NCBI GenBank assembly: GCA_051294905.1
Contig: CM119372.1
Location: 7,194,001-7,258,000, forward strand
Source of the DNA: Botryllus schlosseri
Lineage: Eukaryota
Direction: 5' to 3'
Length of the DNA: 64,000 bases
Shown here: positions 26,114 to 38,700 of the stretch, one piece after another
Position numbering within the stretch: position 1 is the first letter of the stretch
Layout of the letters: every line of letters begins with the position of its first letter
The notes under the pieces: generated by a model
Told to the model about the DNA's origin: nothing
What the model saw: the letters and a program-made list of their open reading frames with translations, nothing else
Database searches by the model: none
Position numbers and translations under genes: made by a program

Positions 26114-26558
26114 GCATACAGCAACAAAACAGTTTTGGGTCGAGTTATCTTTATCGCCCCTAGTGTTCAGAATGAAGTGGAAATGCCCCATTGTTTCTTG
26201 TTTTGTAACGCTTCACTGATTCAATGTAGCGTCACAGAAAAAGCCCCTGAGTTTGCTAACCCGTTATTCACTGACGTGAGTAAATTCTATTGTCCTGGAT
26301 AGATGAAGTAACGGATCAAGGGTTAAGTGGTGGAAACCCGAAAGTGACAGGTAAATTGGTTTGTCAACTTAGACTCTGTGACTGTGAATATTATGTTGAT
26401 TCCTTTCTATGCTAAGGAAAGTGAGGCTTGAACGGGATGGAGCCAAATATTTAAACATCTTAATAATGGAAATTCGCTTCTAGTGCTGTCGTATATTCTG
26501 CTGTGATTATCGTACTCCTAATTGAAAATACTTGAGATAGATACGTAACACCTATAGC

Positions 26559-27863
26559 CAGGCTGTGTTATTTTTGGCATTTCAGGAGCCAGATGCCAAA
26601 ACTGCCAAAATAAAAATTTGAAAATGCCAAAAATAACACGTTCATGGTGTTGTGTTAACAGGACCGCATTACAAGCGAGAAGAGCGTGTGTGAAGGGCAG
26701 GTTTCTTACTCTATGGGTCCAGCTCACCCAATAGGGGAGAAAGCATTGTGTCCTAAATGGTGTGGGCACAGCGAGATTGAACGGCTGACTGCATTTGGTC
26801 TACGTCATACTTTCCATTTGTGCAAAGGCAATTTTACGGTCATTTTTAACCGGCTTGCCGAGCGCTAAATTTGATAAAACGGGTATCAATGGAAAGCTGC
26901 CGCTGTACTGATTACTAAAATATAAATTGTATTCTGCTCATGGATCTGGAACCCCCAAATTCAACCACGATTTTTGTATTGTGATCGAGTTGAACATTGT
27001 GACACAGCAAACAGTCCGGCTATTTCTGAGCTGCAGTCTCATTTTGCCAGACAGTCTTGTTGCGTTATTGTTCTTAAACAAGCTAACCTTCCCAGCAGGA
27101 CTCTTCCATGTGAGTTGGTTATATTGAAGCCATCTGGCGTGACAAAAGTCCTCCTAAAATATATCGGTAGACTGATGGAGATGGGATGGTCGCGCTACAA
27201 AATAGAATGTGTTGAGAGACAACACAGGGAATTCCTGGAAAAGTATCGTGAAGAAAATTCTTTCCGCGATGAGATCGATGGCACTAGTGCAGTGATCTCT
27301 TTTCATGATGCTTGGAAGCCGGTTCTGCCCTCCGAAATGTTGAAGCTCTGAAAACCTTTTGTGGAGGACTGGCAACATTCTTTCCCTCAACGGCTACTGT
27401 TGAAGCCGATATTTCCCAGATTCTTTGGGCGAAAAATTAATTCAGGAGAAACTTTGCTGACCTGAGTTTGGAAGCACTGTGACAGTGCAAACAATTTAAG
27501 TCTATTCAAAAGCTGTAACAATCGGGTGTTGAGCGTGTTTGTTAGGCTTCTCATTCTTTTTCCTTATTGGCACCGATTCAGAATGGATACTGCACATTTT
27601 GTGATTTCGTTTGATAATAATAACCTATGTAATCGCTAGGTTTTTTCTTCTTATTGTTTGTTGGTACTTACTGTAAGTGGATGCTGCACATTTTTTGGTA
27701 TCTTTTGATAAACTGACCAAAATGAGGCGTTTTTATGACTGATTCGAGTCTGCAAATATCTATTTAGAGGTCGATGCCAAAACTGCCAAAAATAAAATTT
27801 GAAAAATGCCAAAAATAAGCTATTTTTGGCAGTTTTGGCATTTGCCGAAAATAACACGGCCTG
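26559..27863 (+). mobile_element. hAT-like element with decayed transposase C-terminus
   Basis: TIR caggctgtgttatttt / aaaataacacggcctg; TSD cctatagc/cctatcgc; subterminal tgccaaaa repeats; frameshifted translation ...SFHDAWKP.../LKTFCGGLATFFPSTATVEADISQILWAKN*FRRNFADLSLEAL*QCKQF. Confidence 0.85.
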
Positions 27864-28199
27864 CCTATCGCTCTCTTCCGATATTTTGCATACGTACGGT
27901 GGTCGACCAAACGACTGACTATTCGGACTATGAATCTGGAGATACTCAAGCAACTAACAGTGATGATGTACATAGTGAGGAGAAATTATCGAGTGAAGTG
28001 ATTCAACTTCTTACAAATTGACTCTCTCTCTCTCTATAGTCTCTATAACAATGGAAATAACTCCGACTCCAAATACGAAATACCTGCTGCATGTCAATAT
28101 GAGTACGGTATGGCATATCGGCGTTCTGTATTTACAATCTGACCCATTGTGTTATGTTCAAGTTTCTTTTTATGTAAACTACTGTAAACTACTTTGAAT

Positions 28200-28731
28200 A
28201 CTGCATGCACATTGCTTATTCATACACAACTATACGGTACTCGATCTAAGAGCTCTTCTAACCTATTTATGTCAAATTCCGACAATGCTTTTCCTCCCTT
28301 GAAGCGTGCTGGAATTGATGTGTGGAATAAATTTCCCCTTCGACTGAAAAATATGAGTTTTCCGTCATTTAAGGCGGAGTTCCTTGACTTACTGCTCATA
28401 AGTACTAATCGGATATAAGGTATTATCCATCTGCTATTGCATCAATGCATCCACTGTGTACTTTGCTGTTGTTTTTCTATTTTCGTTTTTATACAATCTA
28501 CCATAACTATTAAGCATTAGTGTATGTATCTATATACTTGTTTCTAATCTCCAAGGTTCCGGCTTGACATGAAGATCGCAAGGATTATATCACCGGCACC
28601 CGTCTATACTGTTATAGAGCCAGTTATACGCTATTGTTTTTGTGTATGTGTTTTTTGTTTTAAGTATATTTTTTTGCATCCTCATTCTGTTAATTCCGGA
28701 TGACGAAGAAATAAATATCTCTCTCTTACTC
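28200..28731 (+). mobile_element. LINE (L2/CR1 group) 3' fragment
   Basis: YGTRSKSSSNLFM...LKRAGIDVWNKFPLRLKNMSFPSFKAEFLDLLL, then a 3' UTR with AATAAA and a (TC)n-like tail. Confidence 0.8.
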
Positions 28732-29625
28732 TATGGTAAAGGTATTTCTGATACATAATAGCAGGTTATGCGAGATTTGTGCCTCATTGGCTCTAATGTC
28801 TTATTTTATTGATGTCTTGATGCGGAACTGAATTCTGCAAAGGGCCCTAGATTGGCAGTACCCTTATGTCCCCGAAAACACATTTTTTAATGAAATTGTA
28901 TTGGTTTACTTCCATTCCACACGTTAATCATCAAATTAGTACAAAGATTCTGGTCTAACATTTCAACATTATCTGAATTTTAAGGGCAACAAAAACTCAA
29001 ATTCAATCATTTTCTTTATGACACCTCCTGGTAATTTTATACAAGCAAATGCCGTTTCGTCCTCTCCTTTTTTGTATCGATAACCTCAATATCGCTGCTA
29101 AATGTTTTGATGCAGTATGAATTATTTCATTGTCATTTATAGATGTAGTGTCATTTAAAGTAAAGCTCAAAAGACAATTATTTTGATGACATTGTCCGTG
29201 GACCGTGGTTCATCATAGAAGTTATAGGCTACTGTTTGACCCTGTGGGAACCGCTGACTGCCAAGCTTTCTTTCTAACCTTGAAAATGACTGTTCAGTGC
29301 ACAGTCCATTTTATAAACCTCGGTTTTTAAATAAAAATAATGTTTTAATATATTTTTCCTGTTCTCTCTGTTTCTTTGGTTTCGCTGATATCCTCTGACA
29401 TGGTATCTGGCTACTTCATGATCTGATACCCAAAGTTGTGAAAAGTAGCTTGTAAAATTATGTGTTGATGATTTGCCTTATAAAGCCCCGAGTTTATAGG
29501 CCTATAGAAGTACCATAGCCAGTATCATTTAAATCTGGAATCGAAAATATTTGTTTTGTCAGTATTTATATGCATTGATCAGTATTGGGATAAAAATTAG
29601 AGATGCTCAATTGTTGAAGGCACCG

Positions 29626-29701
29626 ATGGCAAACGCTGGTACTGGTATTCAAAGAAATCTCAAGAAGACACAACCCTCTGATGATTTCAGCGTGATTGGA
29701 G
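29626..29701 (+). CDS. AZI2/TBKBP1-like: Adaptor gene exon 1 (MANAGTG...PSDDFSVIG), FIR/LIR-like motif
   Basis: ATG at 29626; donor G|gtgaga, phase 1. Confidence 0.6.
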
Positions 29702-32700
29702 GTGAGATATGGCTAGCCCATACTTTCAGATTCAGACGATGTTCACCGAAGCATTAGCTCTACGTTAACCGCAATCTTGAATCATTCAGGAAGCTCAGAC
29801 AGTTTACTTCGGAACACATCATGGCCAAAAGAAGATGACCGATCCATTAATAACGGTGTCAATTCTGGGTGAGAATACTTTCATTTTGTATGTTTTATGT
29901 TGGAATTTGCAAGGAATTTGGAAGTATGGAGAAAAGCGTTGCAATTTGTAAAATAATAATAGATAACTGAAGATATGTATTCAATTTATTGTGTTTGAAA
30001 TCAAAATGATACCGTAAACCGGGGTAACATTGGACAATTCTCAGCAATTCCGCTTTGTATCTTGGAAATGCTAGGGTGTAGGGGAGGCAAGTTTTGTGTT
30101 TTTTGGGTTCATGGAGCAAAGATTAGAATTAACTAATCCAAAATCTTCATATTCATAAATAAGTACCTTATTTTTGTAAATTATCCGTGTCCAAAGTTAC
30201 CCCTGCATGTGGGGTAACTTTGGACAGTGTAGTTTTCTGTATGCCTTTACACTCTATTGTTTATGAAACCCCGTAAATTAGGCTTATTTGGTAAGAGTTG
30301 ATGAGAGCAGTGACTAAAAATGAAACAAAATAGTATATGTCTGGCCTATTGCATGATTTTCAAATAATCCCCCTCAAACCCCCCCCCCCCCCCAAAAAAA
30401 AAAAAATTAGGTAGTTTATGAAGGCTAATGCCCCCTTATTCATCTCTTATCTCAATTTTCCATCATGCCTTCTCCAATTGGGACTTATAAATAACATATG
30501 GTGACAAGGGGTATCCCAATGGCGGTGTCAGCAATCGACAGCAAACATTAAGCATGTTAGCATGATTTATTACCGATTTCAAATATATTTGTTCTTGAAA
30601 AGATACATTTTCCCTTTCCTATGTCCTCTGATGGATATGTTTGTCGTAATTTACGATAACCCATATTCAGCAGGCGCATCTTTAGGAGTATGTGATAAGT
30701 TTTTCAAGTAGCTTACACCCGATTATAATCTCTCAGCTCATTGCCTACCCATTTTTTCGTATTTTGGCAAACTCTTAATTTATTAACCTTCTTAATCCAT
30801 TTTAAGAAGCCATCAGGCCGGTCATAAGGAATATAGTTGACGATACACTTTGACACAGATGAAGCAACCACTTTCCAGAGTTCTAAATATCACATTTTTC
30901 ACTGTCCAAAGTTGCCCTGTTCTGATAAAATTTGACGGGGTAACTTTGGACATCACATTTTCTTGTATTGATCTAAGGGTGAGCCCACTAAGATTTTTGC
31001 CATGGATTAAGACTACTTAGAGGTATCTGCTGCCAAGTTTTGAATCTATGAATCACATGCTATCTATGTTTGGTTGTAAGAAGTTTATTGGCCATAAATT
31101 TTGAGGAAATTGGCCCCCTCCATTAATTTATCAATGTTGGGTCAAGTTTATCTGGTAGTGAAATGAATCCACCTTTTATAGAGACTACTTGTAGTACTGT
31201 TGCCTCATGAAAAAGAATTGGACATCCAGCGATAACCCTTTTCCATCAATAACCATTTAAATCTTTTACTGCTTAGTGTCCAAAGTTACCCTTAAGTCCA
31301 AAGTTACCCCGGTTTACGGTAGCGTATATTGATAAATCACAGTTTTACGATCACAAGATCCAGTGATCCAGGAAAATTGACATAGTATATCTTCTATAAT
31401 GTTCAACATGTGTTGGCAGTCTGGACGTAGAATTGGAGTATTTGAATGGTACCGTTGAACGTTAATGAGGTGTTTACAGCTTTATCCTGTTCCCAATGCA
31501 TTAGTTACAATGTCAACAGCTACAGCTGGGCCTTCTTATGTAACTAACAGTCAAGTTTTTGGTTGCTCACTTATTTCCCCTACTTATCTGACCTTGTTTG
31601 CCGCCTAATTATGCGAATTTCTGTTCAACCCAACTGATAAAATGTAAAATTTCCACCAAGAAATTAGTAGATTGTTAATGGTGATTGCTTAAGCCAGGGG
31701 TCGCCAACTCAAAACAGGTCGCGGGCCACTTTTCAAATTTCCTACAGGCTGCATAGACTAACAACCATGTTTTTTAAACTTTACGTCAGTGTGCTCTCTA
31801 ACATTGGTGACGGGCATAGTTACCACAATAGAAATAATATCTTATTAACGAAATACAAATGCAACAAAAAATATTATTCTCATCACTTTCATTCTATTTT
31901 TAACCATAAGCGGCACACGATACCTGACAACACTTTTCAGCGACTAAAGAATCGATATTGGGGTTAGCTAGACACGATACTTGCTGGAAAGCAATCTCCC
32001 GGTAAAGTTTGATCTCGTGGGGAAGCCCCAAGTCGTTTTCAAAGCGACTTGGTCCTGTTGTTATCTGGGCCATTGCTCGTCAAGTCAATGCCCCCATTCA
32101 TATGAGGTAAATCTCCCTCCACGGGGTGCTGCTACTATAGCTGACGCCGTATCAGCTAGTAAGGAATAGTGATGTTAGGCACAAGAGAATAGCTTGTTTT
32201 GAACAGTGTTCAACAACAACAACAATTAATCAATTTTGGTATTTTAAAATGCTTTACTTGGCGTTCTTTCGAAATCTCCAATCAAGTCGCGGGCCACAAA
32301 ATATGACCACGAGAGCCGCATGCGGCCCGTGGGTCGCGTGTTCGTGACCCCTGGCTTAAGCACTATAAAGACACTGTTTATCAAACACGAACTACTAATG
32401 TTTTATCTACAAACCGAGCATGAACTTACATACATTGAATGCTTCGAAGTATAGGCCTACAGGGCGCATTAGTTTGTCACAAAATCTTTAGGGGCTCACC
32501 AAACCGAAAAAGTTTCAAGAGCACTGATCTAGAGAGTGTAACCGCTATGGAACTCTGACCTCCTAACACAAGACAGTTCATGAAGATGCACAGGGATGTC
32601 TCAAGACCCATCTAGATATCTTTGCTACCGTAAACCGGGGTAACTTTGGACAATTTTCAGCAATTCCGCTTTGTAACTTGGAAATGCTAGGGTGTAGGGG

Positions 32701-35700
32701 AAGCAAGTTTTGTGTTTTTCAGGGGTCATGGTGCAAAGATTAGAATTACCTAATCCAAAATCTTCATGGTCATAAATACGTACCTTATTTTTGTAAATTT
32801 TCCGTGTCCAAAGTTAGCCCTGCATGTGGGGTAACTTTGGACAATGTAGTTTTTTGTATGCCTTTATGCTCCATTGTTTATGAAACCTCATAAATGAAGC
32901 TTATTTGGTAAGAGTTGATGAGAGCAGTGGCTAAAACTGGAACAAAATAGTATATGTCTGGCCTATTGTATGATTTTTACCTAATCCCCCCCCCAAAAAA
33001 AATAAAAAATAAATTAGGTTGCGTATGAATGCTAATGCCCCCTTACTCATCTCTTATCTCAATTTTCCCTCGTGCCTTTCCTAATTGGGATATTTGGTGA
33101 TAAGGGGTATCCCACTGGCAGTGTCAGCAATCGACAGCAAACATTAAGCATGTTACCGTGATTTATTGCCGATTTCAAATATATTACTGTTCTTTAAAAT
33201 ATACACTTTCCCTTTCCCATGTCCTCTGATGGATATATTTGTCGTAATTTACGATTCAGCAGGCGCATCTTTAGTAGTATGTGATAAGTTTTTGAAGTAG
33301 CTTACACTCAATTACAATCTCTCAGTTCATAGCCAAATGGCTAACTCTTAATTTATTAACGTTCTCATTCCATTTTAAAAATCCACCAGGCCGGTAATAA
33401 GGAATATAGTTGACGATACACTTTGACACAGATGAAGCAGCCACTTTTCAGAGCTCTAAATATCACATTTTCCACTGTCCAAAGTTACCCCGTTCTGATC
33501 AAATTTGAGGGGGTAACTTTGGACATCACATCTTCTTGTATTGATTCAAGGGTGAGCCCACTGAGATTTTTGCCATGGATTAAGACTACTTAGAGGTATC
33601 TGCTGCCAAGTTTTGAATCTATGAATCACTTGCTATCTATGTTTGGTTGTAAGAAGTATAATGACCATTAATTTTGATGAAATTGACCCCCGCCATTAAT
33701 TATCAATGTTGGGTCAAGTTTATCTGGTAGTGAAATGAATCCACCTTTAATTGAGACTACTTGTGGTTCTGTTGCCTCATGAAAAAGAATTTGACATCCA
33801 GCGGCAACCCTTTTCCATCAATAACCATTTAAATCTTTTACTGCTTAGTATCCAAAGTTACCCTTAAGTCCAAGGTTACCCCGGTTTACGGTATTGCATT
33901 ATACAATTAGATGTCTATATTATTCCAAAAAATGACTAATGATATCCTAAGCCTAGCTATTGAAGATATGAAAGTGTCAAGCAGGAAATTTAGCCTACCA
34001 AATGATGTCCATAGTGTCTGTGTTCACACTGTAAATGATTATTATTTTGATGTCCTGTAATTCTACCTTTGCACCTATTGTCTTAGACATATATCTTAGG
34101 GATGGTGTGAACGTCAGGTTCACGTTCGCGTTCTGTGTGTGAACCTCAGAAATTTAGAGGTTCACGTTCACAAACAAACCTTGGTAGGTTCTGCACTGTG
34201 AACATTTTTCATATATAACGCAGTTTTCACTTCATTATAACGTCTTAGGTTAAAAGCTATTGCATTTCAACTGCGGGCCACTCTATGCATGGCGCTGGCA
34301 GCCTATAAAAATCAACACTAAACGATCATGCACCTTGACAATCTCAAAATTTTCGGCTGTGAGCTTGACCAGCAATCACACAACAGTCATACACTACAGA
34401 CTTACATGTAGGCAGTCAGCGAATGATGCTTATTGAACCAATCAATGAAATTGATATCGTCTGATGTAAAAGTTCTAGCAGGTGTAGGGGGTTAATCTGG
34501 ACTTCATATGTTTATTGTATCATAAAATCCAAATTCGTGCGGTTGGTGTTTTGGCTACTGCTGTATAACTTGTTAATGGAGTAATATCGGTAGTAAGAAT
34601 TGAAACCCATTTCACACTCTACTCAATATCAACTTAGCAATACTCAGACGCTGAATACATTGTCTGCTCTGGCTAAGACCGGGCGTAAGCTTACATTCCC
34701 GTGCAAGTAGGCCTACTCGACAAAATTGTTGGCAAAGCGACAGAAGATATTGATTTCATGGTCTGATCATTATATTATTTGATTGCCCCAGTTGATACAT
34801 CTGCCGACGTTTAAAAAGTTAATAAGTACTTCAGCATTGTGACATTATGTGGCTTTAGTCGTTTACTGGGCATCGTGTACAATCTGTACATTAATATAGG
34901 CTATCACTTCACCTAAATGTAGGATTGGAATTAGCAATATGACGCCACGTGACGTCATGAGGTTCACGTTCGCGTTCACACAGAACCTTTCAAAAAGGTT
35001 CACGTTCACACGAACCTGAACCTTTCAGAGGTTCACACCATCCCTAATATATATGAGTATAATTTCAATTACTAGCCCAGTGTTTCTCAACCCCGAGTCC
35101 GCGGACTCATTTGAGTCCGCGGAAGGTCCTGGGTGAGTCCGTGAACCCAGGAATTTTAAGTAACTTAATTTGCACACACGTTGACAGATTGTCAAACTTG
35201 TATTTCCTCGTGTTTTTCAATGAAAAGACGCCATTCTCATGGTGAATTTATTATTTTAGGTAATTTTATATCGACAAAACCTTACGAAACGATCATGGAT
35301 CCTAATTTAGGGGTGTAAGGACTTAGTTTTAGATTGAAAAGTCGAAAATCCACGGAAACGTCAAAATCTTCAACGTTTTCTTCCACTTCGGATATGATTT
35401 CGAAACATGTAATTGACAGACCTACGGGGCTCGTTCACTTTCGGACCAAAGTCATTGCAGCCTTACGGAGAAAATAGCTTTTTGGTCCGAAAGTGAATGA
35501 GCCCCGTTCTGGTCCGGTTTCGTCAAATTCCGATTTGAGATTAGGCTGCATGATTCGCAAAATACTTATTTTGAAATGTTAGTAACCTTAATAGCTTTCA
35601 TAAAAAATGCATAGATACCTCAAATATGTGACTGGCGGCATTCAACTTGAATAGTGCTTTCGGAACAATATTCATTGCAGTAGAATTTATTACCTCGGTG

Positions 35701-38700
35701 ACTTTTCGGGGAATTAAGGGCACCATAAAAAGGATAAAGAGTTTGTATACAATCTTTAAACATTCCAATAATATATTCAGCTGATCGTCTGTGTAGCGTC
35801 TTCTGAGTATTGTATAATTTGATTCTCTATTATCCCGTTGTTATGACTACCGCAGTACCGGTACAGCTGACTTTGGCCAGCTACTGTTCCTTTTTATCAT
35901 TGCATTGTAACGTCAAATTTTGCCAACATGGATTTCGTTTGAATCTCTTTCTATATGCTTCTTATTGTGCCGATAAGGGGCATACGAAATCCCTGCAAGT
36001 TAATAAATTATACTGCAGTGAATGTAGTTTTGAAAGCAATATTAGAGATACCCCAATAAGCGATGTTTGGCCACGTATATTTCAAACGCAAGAACAACGA
36101 AATAGCACCACTACAAATTGATCAGCATTCCAAGCATTATTGCTTCTCCTGAGATTTTCTGTGTCTTGGGCAAACCAGTTGGTTGCAAGTATCACAGGCA
36201 AAACGGGTATGCTTTGCACATCTGTCGCATCATCCTGGTTTGATACCAATCACGCCTGGTATAAAACCCCTATTATGGCCAACTGGAATTTTTCAAAATG
36301 CCCTACATTTATGTTCGAGGTAGCCTATTGCTAAAATTGTCATAAGCAACTCTATCACGGTCATAAACTCTACAATTTTGGTCGGATTGACTTGAATTTA
36401 GTAGGAATGGACTCGTAATTTAATGCTGCGTATTCACTATTCACAATTCACATACCGAATATGCCAGGTATAAACCCCTGGGACAGCTCTTTCTACACAC
36501 GTATGCAGGACCGTAACTGCCGTACCCCAAACCCCCATAATTTAGGGGGAAGCTCGAAGGGGGGCCAAAACTATTCGTGAATTAACATAAATTATAGGGT
36601 ATTTTTTGAAAACTTATGCAACTTTTTAGAAAAATAATATCATTATATCATTTTCCGAAACGCCTCACTCAGCTCGGCCGATAAATCTGAATGCATGAGC
36701 AGGGATAGCATAAAAAATTTACAGCTATATATATGCAATTCCCGATCATGTTGACCGATTCAATCATGAATTAGGGAATATTTTCGCGCTTCGCGCGGTT
36801 TATTCGAAATAAAGCGATCAAATGAACGGTACAAAAATTTAGCTGAGCAGTAGCGTTAAAAGGTATCGGAAGGGGGGTCTGGGTGTAAAGCCCGCCAGAA
36901 GTTAGGTTTATCTCCCTGTGGGGCCCAGGACCAACGTTTTGTTATTGAGGGGGGCTGACGAAGTGCTGTTACGGTCCTGCACGTAGGCACAATGCACAGG
37001 TTTCCGGCGGGATATACGCTGAGTGCTGGTAATTGATTATGGCGACTTGTTCACTTACAGACTATTTCGAAAATGACAAATCGTAGGGACATGTGCTAAT
37101 CACAGAAACAATCTATAGTTGTCTATTATAAGTAGAACTCGAGATGTGGACTGCATTACTGAACAGTTGCTTGAATTGCAAAGCCGACAGACAGATGTGG
37201 AAAGACAGGTTTACGAAAGCTTCCTTGACTCAATTTTAGCCAAATGTGCAGACGATGGAGCATAATCTCTCAGATCTTTGCTAGCAAGCTGCAACAGCTC
37301 TTTTGCTATTTCCGACCACATCACCTACCTGTGTGAATCTGGCTTTTCAACTCTGACGATGAGCAAAAGAAGTTTAGCAATAGACTTCAACCGGAAGATG
37401 ACATCAGATGTAGGCCTACATTGACAAACACAATTCCGGAATTCAATAGCCTTGTCAAGCGAGATCAAAGACAAGGCTCCCATTGAGCGTGGGTTGAGTG
37501 AAAAACAGTGCTTGTCTTTTTGTTGATACCGTATTACACTCTCTTGGATAGAAATAAAAAATAAACTGTTTTTCGGTAATATATAGCTTGAGTCCGCGGA
37601 TATACTGGCGAGCTTGAGATGAGTCCGCGGGTCAAAAAGGTTGAGAACCACTGGCCTAGAGCTACAATTCCGGTATCAGAGTGTCTAACTCTAAAAGTTA
37701 CATCGATTGCACGCAATAACTTTTCCCTGGCTATTGTACTTAGAGAGATATTGGCATACTTTGACATTTTGGGGGGTATGAAATTGACCAAGATTTCTCT
37801 ATGTTCCCGAAGGCCTAGAACAGTGTTTCTCAACCCCGAGTCCGCGGACTCATTTGAGTCCGCGGAAGGTCCTGGGTGAGTCCGCGAACCCAGGAATTTC
37901 AAGTAACTTAATTGGCACACACGTTGACAGATTGTCAAACTTGTATTTCCTCGTGTTTTTCAATGAAAAGACGCCATTCTCATGGTGAATTTATTATTTT
38001 AGGTAATTTTATATCGACAAAACCTTACGAAACGATCATGGATCCTAATTTAGGGGTGTACGGACTTAGGGTGGAGCCCAATTCTTCTCCTCAACTGAGT
38101 ACTGCTTAAATGCGAATCTCCACTCAACTAAAAATCGATTGGTACTCAGCGTTGAGTGCGCGCCAATTCTCTCTGCTCAGTTAAGTATCGATCTCCAGAC
38201 GTCGTTTTCCGAGATAGCGTTGCCAGATTTTTTTTCGCCGTCGGCCGGACACGCGTGAATGATTTTGTCATGACGACAGGACGCTGTTGTCGCTATTTCG
38301 TCACTGACCTACAAAGTAGACGCAGATCTCACTGATTTATCTCAATGCAATGAAAATTCTCAGCTGATCCACACTCTTTGAAGATGACACAATAGAAATA
38401 TATAAATCATTGAAGATACCCGGAACGTTCCTATGCCCCACAGAAGTATATTTTTGCAGACGTTACAAACCCGTTCGAAATTTATGAAGATAAGTTTCAC
38501 AGCAGGCGAACACGTAAGTGCAGGCCTGAAAGAACGAAAGAATGCATATATATCGTGAAAACAAATTGAAAAATCAACATATTTTCAGAATTTCTTTCTA
38601 TTTCTCTTTGAACCATTCACTTTTCCCCTCTATTATTCAACTTCCCGAAATACCCAGACCCACCCGACATTTTCTCTCTTAAATATTCAGTATTTTTTGT

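Larger units (their letters stand above)
20015..26322 (-). mobile_element. Decayed piggyBac-like element with long inverted repeats and nested insertions
   Basis: 20015-20255 is inverted relative to 22511-22630 + 25217-25268 + 26114-26195; GGG|TTAA end at 26320-26326. Degenerate minus-strand motifs appear in piggyBac order (PEEYINEA; GLLLYVSDTYYVG; MSMNNALL; GVALPDK). The other terminus was not found. Confidence 0.5.

Noticed and set aside
27870..28021. Acidic coding-like stretch as an upstream exon of the adaptor gene
   Set aside because: It ends in a stop with no convincing donor in a compatible phase.
30012..33891. Two pogo-like copies as LTRs or a tandem duplication
   Set aside because: Each has its own TIRs and TA TSD, the flanks differ and the copies are diverged; they are independent insertions.
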